20,000 bases of DNA from an uncultured virus (IMG/VR IMGVR_UViG_3300032167_000098) (lineage: Duplodnaviria; Heunggongvirae; Uroviricota; Caudoviricetes), in IMG/VR virus record IMGVR_UViG_3300032167_000098, positions 53,196 through 73,195 of that record, one strand, 5' to 3'. The notes under the pieces are model-generated. The model was not told the DNA's origin. It did no database searches and was given only the letters and a program-made list of their open reading frames with translations. Each line of letters begins with the position of its first letter. Position 1 is the stretch's first letter. Of the stretch, positions 1 to 8,503 are shown one piece after another. The position numbers were made by a program, and so were the translations under genes.

Positions 1-57
1 AGCAAATGCGATCCAGCCCGTCACATCTTTGTAAAATTTATAGACGAGTTCATTCAT
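1..57 (-). CDS. Hypothetical protein, 5' part only (MNELVYKFYKDVTGWIAFA...), runs off the window edge
   Basis: ATG at 57 overlaps the stop of the upstream gene; AAGGA RBS at about 65-69; frame is open to position 1. Confidence 0.55.
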   Translation of the reverse strand, partial: MNELVYKFYKDVTGWIAFA

Positions 58-427
58 TGTTGTGTTCCTTATCATCCTTGTCATCATGATGATCATTCAT
101 CAATTCATGTAATGCATTCAAGTCTATCTTTATAGACTGTATATGCATACCATTGGCATCTTGATCATGATCTTCACACAGATCCGAATCTGTATCTGTA
201 TCTGAATCGTCGTCAGATTCGATCTCTTTTTCGTATGCAAATAGTAATGCATTTGAAAAAGAATGCTGAATGTACATCAACGTGCGAGCCTTGAACTCTT
301 CAGGAGCACAGTTAACTAACGCGCTTGCTAAACTAGCAGCAATGTGTTCGGCATCTTGCATCAGCGTAGTCAAGCTACCTTTAACTTTACAACTTACAGA
401 TTCTTCAGTGGCGACTATTTCTATCAT
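50..427 (-). CDS. Hypothetical protein with acidic Asp/His-rich C-terminus
   Basis: 125-aa ORF, AAGGAG RBS upstream, closely packed with neighbours. Confidence 0.75.
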   Translation of the reverse strand: MIEIVATEESVSCKVKGSLTTLMQDAEHIAASLASALVNCAPEEFKARTLMYIQHSFSNALLFAYEKEIESDDDSDTDTDSDLCEDHDQDANGMHIQSIKIDLNALHELMNDHHDDKDDKEHNNE

Positions 428-428
428 C

Positions 429-605
429 TTAATCGATCTCCTTGTATTCAGATTTCATGTATACTGCGATTGCGTCTGCAGTAGACTGATTGTTTGATTT
501 TGGTATGTTGAGATGTTCACAAAGCTCAGATTCCGGAACTTCAAATATAGCATCTATCATGGAACCTATACTAAGTGTTGAAACAGCATGTTCAAACTGA
601 GTCAT
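429..605 (-). CDS. Small hypothetical protein (58 aa, MTQFEHAVSTLSIG...EYKEID), missing from the ORF track
   Basis: Translated by hand: GAGGTG RBS, ATG at 605, TAA at 429-431; exactly fills the gap between two genes. Confidence 0.7.
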   Translation of the reverse strand: MTQFEHAVSTLSIGSMIDAIFEVPESELCEHLNIPKSNNQSTADAIAVYMKSEYKEID

Positions 606-614
606 GATATCACC

Positions 615-842
615 TCACCAGATTCTAGACCCTTGAGTTTCAGCCATCGTTTGATAGGCTTTCAACTCTGCAAGAGTGATGTTGTGTATAACGATTGTAA
701 GTTCTCCGTCCCGCTTCACAATGTCGTAACGAACTGCTCTGCGTCCCTTACCTGGGCGCTTAAAAGCTGCCCGAGTTGCCTCAGTATAGATATGAGCGTA
801 TTGATTCGGATAATCGAATACAAACGGTTCTACAAGTTTCAT
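615..842 (-). CDS. Hypothetical protein
   Basis: 75-aa ORF with strong AAGGAGGT RBS. Confidence 0.75.
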   Translation of the reverse strand: MKLVEPFVFDYPNQYAHIYTEATRAAFKRPGKGRRAVRYDIVKRDGELTIVIHNITLAELKAYQTMAETQGSRIW

Positions 843-853
843 GTGTTACCTCC

Positions 854-1300
854 TTAATATTCGTAATCGTAGTAGTAATCAGCAATGCCGAAAGACACAT
901 TCATGCGATAGTACTTGCTCTGTTTGCCTTTTTCTTTGATTTTGTTTATGTCGTAGCCGTTGATGGCGAGATAGATCTGTTCCTCAGCAGTGAGTTCTTT
1001 GCTTACCATTTCGCGTGTTACAGTTGATACTGCATACCAATAATTGCCGCGCTTCACCATTTCTTTTGTAGGATTGTTTGTGTTGCTGACGAGCTTCCAT
1101 TCGTTGCTGTAAGGACCTCCAACGCACTTGTGATCGTATTCACGAACTACTACATGTTTCTGATCATAAACTTCGATGACCTCGTATGCGTGTCTATCGC
1201 TGTACAGATACTCTGTCATACCTGTACCAACTTTTATCTCTTCGGTGAACATGTGATTTTCTTCTAATCTGTTGTTAAGACTTCCGTACCATTTCTGCAT
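854..1300 (-). CDS. Hypothetical phage protein
   Basis: 148-aa ORF, AAGGAG RBS, first gene after an AT-rich intergenic region. Confidence 0.8.
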   Translation of the reverse strand: MQKWYGSLNNRLEENHMFTEEIKVGTGMTEYLYSDRHAYEVIEVYDQKHVVVREYDHKCVGGPYSNEWKLVSNTNNPTKEMVKRGNYWYAVSTVTREMVSKELTAEEQIYLAINGYDINKIKEKGKQSKYYRMNVSFGIADYYYDYEY

Positions 1301-1338
1301 CTCTGTGATCTCCTTGTTTTGATTTATTCTACAAGTAT

Positions 1339-1400
1339 ATTATAAGTCCATATGATTATATCAGTATTATATATTTATTAAATTTTTATAAATTTTAGAA
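1339..1400 (-). promoter_or_regulatory. AT-rich putative promoter region with TATAAT -10 boxes
   Basis: TATAAT on the minus strand at 1339-1344 and 1355-1360; no convincing TTGACA -35. Confidence 0.35.
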
Positions 1401-1410
1401 ATCAAAACAT

Positions 1411-1444
1411 AGAAAAAGCGTCTGATGCAAGAACATCAAACGCT
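1411..1444 (-). terminator. Rho-independent terminator downstream of the holin
   Basis: Minus-strand stem AGCGUUUGAUG/CAUCAGACGCU followed by UUUUCU. Confidence 0.75.
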
Positions 1445-1469
1445 CGAAAGAGAGGTATAATAATGAGAA

Positions 1470-1763
1470 TTAAATGCCGTCGTAGTGATCTGTATGATTT
1501 GCATCGGAAGCAATCTTCGTTACAGCTTGATGTGCTCCCGTAGCAGCAAGCCCAGACGCAATACCGCTTGCTATTGATGTCAGGAACGGAATTATTTCAA
1601 AAGTTTCCATTCCGAAGAAGTATACAATGATACCTAGAACAAATCCAATTATACCACACATGAGGGGTATCCATTTGGTGTTCCATTTTGTAAGTTTATA
1701 AAGCTGCCCACAGCCGAAAGCTATCGCTGTGATTGCAGGGATAGTTGCAATTCCAAGATTCAT
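1470..1763 (-). CDS. Phage holin (small, about 3 hydrophobic segments)
   Basis: IPAITAIAF...KWIPLMCGIIGFVLG...SGIASGLAATGAHQ pattern typical of Firmicute phage holins; GGAGGT RBS favours ATG at 1763 over 1778. Confidence 0.75.
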   Translation of the reverse strand: MNLGIATIPAITAIAFGCGQLYKLTKWNTKWIPLMCGIIGFVLGIIVYFFGMETFEIIPFLTSIASGIASGLAATGAHQAVTKIASDANHTDHYDGI

Positions 1764-1815
1764 AACACGTACCTCCAAGTTTATATTTATTCAATTATTA
1801 TATAAGGTCCTGCTC

Positions 1816-2292
1816 TTAGATGTATTCTTCTATTTCACCTTCATAGTCGAGCATTTTCTTTCTATTGTTTGGAATGGTTCGTATCTCTTTATAAGGGATA
1901 GTCCATTTAGCAATCTTCAGTATGTTAAGAGATTTGATACCTTGATCTTCAAGAGCTTTGATATCTTCTATATGAAAACAAAATGCACGTTTGTAGTATG
2001 TGAATAGAACAATGACCAAACCATACACATGCGCTATTTTCGACTTCTCAAGAAGTTTATCGTGCTGAGAGTCAGATATCATTGAAAAGTCAAACCGATC
2101 TTTTTCAGTTTCTTTACTCTCAATGTAGTACTCATTTGGACTTTTAAATACTTTGAAATCGGCAGGATTTCGGCTGACTTGATAATATCCTGACATCTGT
2201 GCGTACAGCCGGTCAGTTGAATATCCGTCTTGCGGACGATCTAACCATTTCCTTATTTGAGTTTCAGCATCTGTTCCTGTACGGTCATTCAT
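1816..2292 (-). CDS. recU: RecU-like Holliday junction resolvase (PD-(D/E)xK)
   Basis: PADF...YYIESKET...FDFSMISDSQHDKL matches the RecU D...E-x-K-x-T...Q motifs. Confidence 0.75.
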   Translation of the reverse strand: MNDRTGTDAETQIRKWLDRPQDGYSTDRLYAQMSGYYQVSRNPADFKVFKSPNEYYIESKETEKDRFDFSMISDSQHDKLLEKSKIAHVYGLVIVLFTYYKRAFCFHIEDIKALEDQGIKSLNILKIAKWTIPYKEIRTIPNNRKKMLDYEGEIEEYI

Positions 2293-2308
2293 TATAGTTA
2301 CTTATACC

Positions 2309-2572
2309 TCATCCAAGATATTCATAGTCACTGTATTCATCCTTTTCATAGAGTCTGCGAACTTGTTTGAGAAGACTCATTCGTGAAGCTTCTACATGTG
2401 ATGCTAGATCGTTACATATCTCGTCCATAGGATCTCTGTGATTGTAACCAGCGTTAAGATCATTTATCTCCTCATACAGAGCTTCAAGCTTTGCAGCTAT
2501 CTTATCAAGATCATAAAGTTCATCGGCAACTTCCTGATCCTCAGGCATTGATGCTTTAACATACTTTTTCAT
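2309..2572 (-). CDS. Small acidic hypothetical protein, putative internal virion protein
   Basis: 87-aa ORF beginning MKKYVKAS. Confidence 0.7.
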   Translation of the reverse strand: MKKYVKASMPEDQEVADELYDLDKIAAKLEALYEEINDLNAGYNHRDPMDEICNDLASHVEASRMSLLKQVRRLYEKDEYSDYEYLG

Positions 2573-2590
2573 ATTAACTTAAGTTCCTTT

Positions 2591-2902
2591 CTACATTCTT
2601 GAATCGCATTCGCTCATCAACTCATCTATGTAAGCTTCTGTATCTAGATCCATCTCGACCTCTTTTTTGTCTACTGCATCATATATGTAAAGATTGTCCA
2701 GAAATTTAAATGTGTTTTCAGGTCCGTCAAAAACTAGATTATCAAAAATAGCATCAGCTTGTCTTATACAGATTTCGTTTGCATTTATAAGTGAACGAGA
2801 TGCACCTCGTAGAACAGACTTACCTGTGTAAGGTGATATTGTTCTGATCTCATATCTATATTTATATGGACCATAATTTGCTGTTCTTACGTATTTTTTC
2901 AA
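2591..2902 (-). CDS. Hypothetical protein, putative internal virion protein
   Basis: 103-aa ORF, TTG start with GGAGG upstream, begins MKKYVRTA. Confidence 0.7.
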   Translation of the reverse strand: MKKYVRTANYGPYKYRYEIRTISPYTGKSVLRGASRSLINANEICIRQADAIFDNLVFDGPENTFKFLDNLYIYDAVDKKEVEMDLDTEAYIDELMSECDSRM

Positions 2903-2908
2903 TTAGGA

Positions 2909-3601
2909 TCAACCCTCCCAGCTATCATCCAATAACGATTCATCCTCATCTTCATCAAATCCGGTGTAAGAATCGAACCACTCCCACGCAGACTCTGCAC
3001 TGTCAGCAGTCCAATCTGCATAATCTTCATCCGGTGGATACAGATCAGGATCGCCAAACATGCAGATCCAAAGGTCTTCATCTTTCTTCTTATACATCGT
3101 GTAATCTGTCAAGAAGCCGTCTGCATCAGGAACTGTCTTATGCGCAACTTCTTCCCAATCATCGTAGTTAGATTCATGGACGTCTATTCCGTTCCAATCA
3201 TAAGCAGATTCAATAGTGTCGTCTTTTGTATTTCCGAATTCTTGTTTGAGATATCCGACTATATAATCAACGTCATCATCAATCGTATCAACGCTCTTAG
3301 ACAGATCTTTGAATGGAATATCGACAACGTGAACTTGTTCCTTATCGGGAACAGATACCGTTACGAAATCTTTGCGCTGTTCCCAACTGAAATCGTTCAT
3401 GAAATCCTTCACAGCAGCACTGACCTTTTTCTTCAGTTCACTGAAATAGTTATCGTCATTTGCGCTTGCTACAGGTTCAACTCCGATGTTAGCTGTGTTA
3501 GTTGCGGATTCAACAGCTTCATCAATTGTACCGCCGAGTTCTATTATCTTATTTTCAACAGCATCTTTGAACTGTTCAGGAGTTCCAAAATTCTTTTTCA
3601 T
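2909..3601 (-). CDS. Acidic hypothetical protein, putative virion protein
   Basis: 230-aa ORF, GAGG RBS, internal VESA/VASA/IESA motifs. Confidence 0.75.
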   Translation of the reverse strand: MKKNFGTPEQFKDAVENKIIELGGTIDEAVESATNTANIGVEPVASANDDNYFSELKKKVSAAVKDFMNDFSWEQRKDFVTVSVPDKEQVHVVDIPFKDLSKSVDTIDDDVDYIVGYLKQEFGNTKDDTIESAYDWNGIDVHESNYDDWEEVAHKTVPDADGFLTDYTMYKKKDEDLWICMFGDPDLYPPDEDYADWTADSAESAWEWFDSYTGFDEDEDESLLDDSWEG

Positions 3602-3614
3602 TATGAATTGTACC

Positions 3615-3845
3615 TCATTCCGTTATAACATTTGCAATTCTTTGCGTGAATTCATTCAGACCTGATCTGAGTTGCGCAATTATTTCTTCTGCGGCACTCT
3701 GAGATTCACTACCAAGTGTGCTCAGATGTTCAAGACCGGCAAGTATGTAAGAGAACGTATCATCAAGTTCTCCGATACCTTCTTTTATTCTTTCTTCTGC
3801 CGGAGTCTCTTCGGCAGCTTTGATTGGTTTCAATAATTTTTTCAT
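3615..3845 (-). CDS. Small helical hypothetical protein
   Basis: 76 aa, ATGA overlap with the upstream gene, GGAGG RBS, begins MKKLLKPIKAA. Confidence 0.75.
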   Translation of the reverse strand: MKKLLKPIKAAEETPAEERIKEGIGELDDTFSYILAGLEHLSTLGSESQSAAEEIIAQLRSGLNEFTQRIANVITE

Positions 3846-4657
3846 TCTGTTACCTCCGGAATATCAACTATATCAATTGGCTGTATTGGAACTAGATTTG
3901 ATTTCTTAACACGCTGAGAACTGCCCCAATCTTTCAGCCACTTTAAAATGTTTTCTGGACGCGTAGCATATGAGGCAGGTACAACTTTAACAATGTACTG
4001 TGCTGGAGTTTGTCCTACTATCTGGACATATATGCTACCACGATATCCAGAAGACTCAAAAGGCTGCACCCTAATAAGTTTAGGCTGTCCTATCAGGTCT
4101 TCTAACTCAGCTTCATTCAGCTCCGCTTCAAAGTCCTCACGTTCAGGCCTTGTCGGTAAATCTTTATAAAATGATTTGGCATCTGGCATCGGTTTGTTGA
4201 GCATTTCTGCCCAATCGATGCTGTTGAGATAGTCAAGAGCTTTAACTGTCTGCTGAAGTGATTCCATCTGTTCGGGAGTGGTAGCGGACAGCCCTGACCA
4301 AGATGATGTTTCGCGCATAGGCACATATTGACCATCATTGTTCTTTATGAGCGAAGCATTGTAGCTCCATGCAAGTGCTACATGGTCTTCAAATTTGCGA
4401 TTCTCATCACAAGATATGCGAACTTGTATACCTGGAGCCCCAAATCTACCTTCTTCAACTCTCACCTGAAACTGAAGAGCAGAGAATTTACCTAAGTTGT
4501 ACTCTAACTCGGTTTTTACAGGATCTGTAATAGCACCAACAGCATCTTGATATTGACTCCAACGAGCATTCATATCTTTATCATATGTCTCTCTTGCAGC
4601 TTCATACTCAGCTTTGCGCTTGAGTATTTCCTCTTTCCTATTTGCGGTTATTTTCAT
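3842..4657 (-). CDS. Hypothetical protein
   Basis: 271-aa ORF, GAGG RBS, begins MKITAN. Confidence 0.8.
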   Translation of the reverse strand: MKITANRKEEILKRKAEYEAARETYDKDMNARWSQYQDAVGAITDPVKTELEYNLGKFSALQFQVRVEEGRFGAPGIQVRISCDENRKFEDHVALAWSYNASLIKNNDGQYVPMRETSSWSGLSATTPEQMESLQQTVKALDYLNSIDWAEMLNKPMPDAKSFYKDLPTRPEREDFEAELNEAELEDLIGQPKLIRVQPFESSGYRGSIYVQIVGQTPAQYIVKVVPASYATRPENILKWLKDWGSSQRVKKSNLVPIQPIDIVDIPEVTE

Positions 4658-4668
4658 GTTACTACCTC

Positions 4669-6516
4669 TTAATATGTATATTTTTGATCGCTCAACAGCA
4701 GATCAAACAATTTAGGATTATTATATATATCTAGTTGACCATCTACAATGAACTGAGAAATTCCTTTCTTTGTGTAAAGAATCTCTTGTACACGTTCGTC
4801 AATTGTATCTTTTGTAACAAGTGTGTATATATTTAACGGTGCTGTAGACATTCCGATGCGATGCGCTCTATCTTCACCTTGTTCTTTATCTGAAGGTGTC
4901 CAGGGACAATCGTAGAAAATGACATTCTGTGCAGCTGTCAGCGTATGCGTTGTGCCCATTGCACCGATAGTACCAATCATAATAGTATACGCTGGATTTG
5001 TTTGAAAAACTTTCTTATGTCGTTCACGTTCTTCAAACGTCATAGTACCTGTAAAACAGCATACCTTGTATTGCTTAGATATGTACTTATATAAGGTTCT
5101 AAGAGGCTCAACCCAGTTAGAGTAGATTAGGACTTTTTCGCCTCTTTCATGTATTTCAACCAAGATCTCAAGCAACCGCGCTAATCGTGCATTCTTACTT
5201 AAATAATCTTTATCAACTTTCAAATCCGGATCAACTAATTCAGGAGCTTCGTTTACTTGACGAAGTCGTAGAAGTTGAGTCATAGGATTTAGTGAATGCA
5301 CAATTTCATCTTTATGTGCTACAACATCTTTAAGAACATTTTCATATAATCGTGCTTGATATGTTGTGTTCTCAACATACTCTACTATCTGTATTTTCGG
5401 AGGAAGTTTGAGAACATCAGATTTCAAACGTCGAATCATATTATGTTGCAGTATCACTTTGAGCTTAGGAACATTCTTATAGCCAATTACTTCATGATCA
5501 CCAAAACCACCATATATACAGTATTCTTTAGACCATGTGTAGTATGATGAAGTGTTTGAGCTGTTAGTTAGTTTGAGTGGCACAAATAGATCCAAAGGAG
5601 AGTTTGTAATCGGAGTTCCAGTCATCGGCAACCACATTGCGTTGTTACCGGTACGCTTCTTTATCTCAAGAAGCTGTTTACCTTGTTTAGAGGTTGGAGA
5701 TGCATTCTTATGGATTTCATCAATTATTATCATTTGAATCTGATTTCGTTGTATTCGATCTACAATTGCATCTGTAATAGCATAAGTACGATTTTCTTTG
5801 TAATGAAGTGCTTCTATGTTTAATATCAAGAAGTAAGGTAACTTTCCTTCTTTTCCGAACATTCTTCCTGTTCTAAGATCTTCCAGCTTTTCTCGACTGC
5901 CTCCGCTGTATCTGATTTTACCACCGCGTCCTTTTCGCATACCGAGTATGTACGGAGTCTCAGCACCATTAGTATGCTTGAAGATGTCAGCATACCAGTT
6001 CATTCTAGAACTATTAACACAACATATAACAAGACAATGTTTAAATCCATTGCGCTCTTTATTATACATTGCAAGATTCATAGATTCTAAAGTTTTACCT
6101 AAACCTTGTTCATCCGCAACAAGAAAACCATTCATGTTACCACTGCGTTGACGATGAATAGCAAATTTCATGAAATTTATCTGATGGGGCAGTACTTCAG
6201 ATCCTGCCTCTACATAGAGATGCGCATCTGAAATGTCTTCGTCAGGAATATGATCTGTAACATCTAATGAAGCATTTTGGCCAATCTGCTCATCTGATAT
6301 TATCTTGATGTGATTTTCATACCGAGTCCCTTTGAGTTCATTGACCAACCATCCAAGCCGATCTTTCGGAATAAGCCACATCTTTTGATTAGGTAACCAT
6401 TGTCGACCTGGAACTTGTTTGATAGCAGCAACAACTGCAGCATCATATTTGAATTGCACTTCATACACATCTCCGTTCTTTCGAACGTATATATCTGAAG
6501 TATTAAGTGTACTCAT
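4669..6516 (-). CDS. SNF2-family helicase/translocase with N-terminal HARP-like domain
   Basis: Motif I ADEQGLGKT, II DEIH, III TGTPITN, VI QGEDRAHRIG; N-terminal FKYDAAVVAAIKQVPGRQW...W is HARP-like. Confidence 0.9.
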   Translation of the reverse strand: MSTLNTSDIYVRKNGDVYEVQFKYDAAVVAAIKQVPGRQWLPNQKMWLIPKDRLGWLVNELKGTRYENHIKIISDEQIGQNASLDVTDHIPDEDISDAHLYVEAGSEVLPHQINFMKFAIHRQRSGNMNGFLVADEQGLGKTLESMNLAMYNKERNGFKHCLVICCVNSSRMNWYADIFKHTNGAETPYILGMRKGRGGKIRYSGGSREKLEDLRTGRMFGKEGKLPYFLILNIEALHYKENRTYAITDAIVDRIQRNQIQMIIIDEIHKNASPTSKQGKQLLEIKKRTGNNAMWLPMTGTPITNSPLDLFVPLKLTNSSNTSSYYTWSKEYCIYGGFGDHEVIGYKNVPKLKVILQHNMIRRLKSDVLKLPPKIQIVEYVENTTYQARLYENVLKDVVAHKDEIVHSLNPMTQLLRLRQVNEAPELVDPDLKVDKDYLSKNARLARLLEILVEIHERGEKVLIYSNWVEPLRTLYKYISKQYKVCCFTGTMTFEERERHKKVFQTNPAYTIMIGTIGAMGTTHTLTAAQNVIFYDCPWTPSDKEQGEDRAHRIGMSTAPLNIYTLVTKDTIDERVQEILYTKKGISQFIVDGQLDIYNNPKLFDLLLSDQKYTY

Positions 6517-6905
6517 TCTTTAGCTACCTTTTCAAATGTGTATCCGCTTCTCTTACGACCTGTTTTAATGCTATCGCTTACCTGTGCCGGATCAATATGT
6601 AATGCTTTTGCAGCCTGTGATTGTGTATCCCAGCACTGATCAGTTTCAATACAATGTATCACATATTTAACATCTTTACTTGTGCTAGATGATAACTCAT
6701 TGATCGCAGGCGCTGCTTGGCGCGTATCGTTAGTTTCGTTGCACATCTTAATAAGTGTAGCCAACGAAAGTATCTTTCCATCTACCTTAAACGCATAACC
6801 GGCTGCATCCATTATCTTTAAAGTTTCAACTTGATAAGGCACTGTGGCTGAAACAGCGCCAAACATACATTTGTTATCAGATTTACGCAGTACTTGAAAC
6901 ACCAT
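6513..6905 (-). CDS. Protein with C-terminal NUMOD1-like helix-turn-helix DNA-binding domain
   Basis: IHCIETDQCWDTQSQAAKALHIDPAQVSDSIKTGRKRSGYTF resembles NUMOD1; no nuclease motif seen. Confidence 0.6.
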   Translation of the reverse strand: MVFQVLRKSDNKCMFGAVSATVPYQVETLKIMDAAGYAFKVDGKILSLATLIKMCNETNDTRQAAPAINELSSSTSKDVKYVIHCIETDQCWDTQSQAAKALHIDPAQVSDSIKTGRKRSGYTFEKVAKE

Positions 6906-7688
6906 TTATTCATACCTCGCTTTTATTTTTGTATCGTAACTAAAATATGTCCTATCTATCTGCTTATATGCTTTATAACGATCTCCCCAGTCATGAAAAT
7001 CATCTGCTCTAAAAAATGTCACATACTGAGGAATTGTGATTCCATTTACCAATACATCGTTTACGGCATTTACACACGACTCTTGAGGCTCTTTAGATTT
7101 AACTTTAGGAGCAACTGAAAACTGATATGGTTCATATATAACATCATCTAATGACATATTATGAACGTACATGCGATTCAACACAACAGATGCTACTGCT
7201 TTTTGGCATTCATAAGATTCGGAACCTACTTCCAAAGTTACAAGAGCTGCAAGAAGTCTACATTCTTCATCTGATAATCCATATTGACTTTGTATGTAGG
7301 GAGCTGCATAACATTCTTCCACTGCGTCGGCTTGTACAATTGAAACCGGATATTCTAGGTTGTCCATATCAATCTCTGCTATTTCATATTCGGGAATCAA
7401 AATAGTTCTAAAATATGAATCGTTGCAGAAAGTATCGGCTTCTGTTAATTCATCAGAGTGTATATTGATATGAGGCTTTGCAGGCAGCTCGTCAATCACA
7501 GGTGCATATACTACTAGTACATCACTGCCCATTTTGATCTCAGCAGTACCTGTAGACTGTTCTAACAGCTTAAATTCTGAATGTTTAGCTCCTCTGATAA
7601 TTGCGATAATGATTACAGCTACTGTCAATACAACTAGTACAATATCTAAAACAGCTGCCCAAGATAATCGTCGAGGTTTATTTTTCAT
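6906..7688 (-). CDS. Membrane-anchored SleB/CwlJ-like cell wall hydrolase (Hydrolase_2)
   Basis: LLAALVTLEVGSESYECQKAVASVVLNR...VIYEPYQF motif; N-terminal basic-hydrophobic segment. Confidence 0.85.
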   Translation of the reverse strand: MKNKPRRLSWAAVLDIVLVVLTVAVIIIAIIRGAKHSEFKLLEQSTGTAEIKMGSDVLVVYAPVIDELPAKPHINIHSDELTEADTFCNDSYFRTILIPEYEIAEIDMDNLEYPVSIVQADAVEECYAAPYIQSQYGLSDEECRLLAALVTLEVGSESYECQKAVASVVLNRMYVHNMSLDDVIYEPYQFSVAPKVKSKEPQESCVNAVNDVLVNGITIPQYVTFFRADDFHDWGDRYKAYKQIDRTYFSYDTKIKARYE

Positions 7689-7719
7689 ATTATTTATTCT
7701 CCTACAAGTATATATGTTC

Positions 7720-7750
7720 TATAACGATTTATACATAAAGATAGAAGGTT
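7720..7750 (-). promoter_or_regulatory. Putative phage promoter motifs AACCTTCTAT (7741-7750) and AATCGTTATA (7720-7729)
   Basis: Recurrent intergenic motifs on the coding strand 30-60 nt upstream of the ATG. Confidence 0.6.
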
Positions 7751-7798
7751 ATGCAATTGCATAGCCTCCTACCAATGTTGAAAAAAGGATATAATGGC

Positions 7799-8446
7799 CT
7801 AACTTTGTTTAGCTTCTACAGTTCCTAAAAGGGCTGATATTTGCTGTCCGAGCTGTTGCATCTCTGCAATATCGTGTTTATCAAATTCATCGTCTTTTAT
7901 CATTTCAATGTATCCGATGTGTTTTCCTCTAGGAGTTTTCATTGCTACGCACAATGCTTGATGCTCATTTTGAGATTTCATCAGATCACACATTGCGCCA
8001 CCCATCGTTGTATTCGGATCATCTATGTTGAAAATACAGTAGTCATGATCATTCAGCTCTGCAAAAAATGCAGTGAATAGCGAGGTTGAGAGTTTATCTA
8101 TTCTGTGCCCTGTAGCTGAGGCACCTAACTTGTATACCTCATAAGTGCACGTCATATATTTAAATGGAAGATATGCAACAGACATTACAGAATTTGAAAA
8201 TTCTATTACATGAATTCTAGTCGCATCAGATTCTCTTAATTCATTTGTTATTAATCTTTGAATCTGCTTGTTTATCTCTGCTCGGATATCTAGCAGTTGA
8301 TCATGTTTCTTTGTAGACAGTTTGTTCTCTAACCATTTGAATCCGATACCTACAAGCTTAAATAACGCGTAGAGAACTATTATACAGATGACTATCATCA
8401 CACCATAGTCACCTATGAATTTTGCAAATGTTTGAATATCTCCCAT
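7799..8446 (-). CDS. Single-TM protein with GAF-like domain; T4 T-like holin candidate
   Basis: N-terminal TM, helical linker, then ATRIHVIEFSN...YMTCTYE...CVAMKTPRGKHIGYI alpha/beta pattern; adjacent to the cell-wall hydrolase. Confidence 0.5.
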   Translation of the reverse strand: MGDIQTFAKFIGDYGVMIVICIIVLYALFKLVGIGFKWLENKLSTKKHDQLLDIRAEINKQIQRLITNELRESDATRIHVIEFSNSVMSVAYLPFKYMTCTYEVYKLGASATGHRIDKLSTSLFTAFFAELNDHDYCIFNIDDPNTTMGGAMCDLMKSQNEHQALCVAMKTPRGKHIGYIEMIKDDEFDKHDIAEMQQLGQQISALLGTVEAKQS

Positions 8447-8484
8447 ATTTATAGACCTTTCTTGTAAAGAACTTTATCCACTAA

Positions 8485-8494
8485 TATATAAGGT
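8485..8494 (-). promoter_or_regulatory. Putative phage promoter motif ACCTTATATA
   Basis: Recurrent motif about 40 nt upstream of ATG 8446. Confidence 0.6.
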
Positions 8495-8503
8495 GGATTA
8501 TTA

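Noticed and set aside
270..8080. Numerous short plus-strand ORFs (e.g. 270..497, 3140..3628, 7151..7405)
   Set aside because: All overlap better-supported minus-strand genes and lack RBSs or motifs
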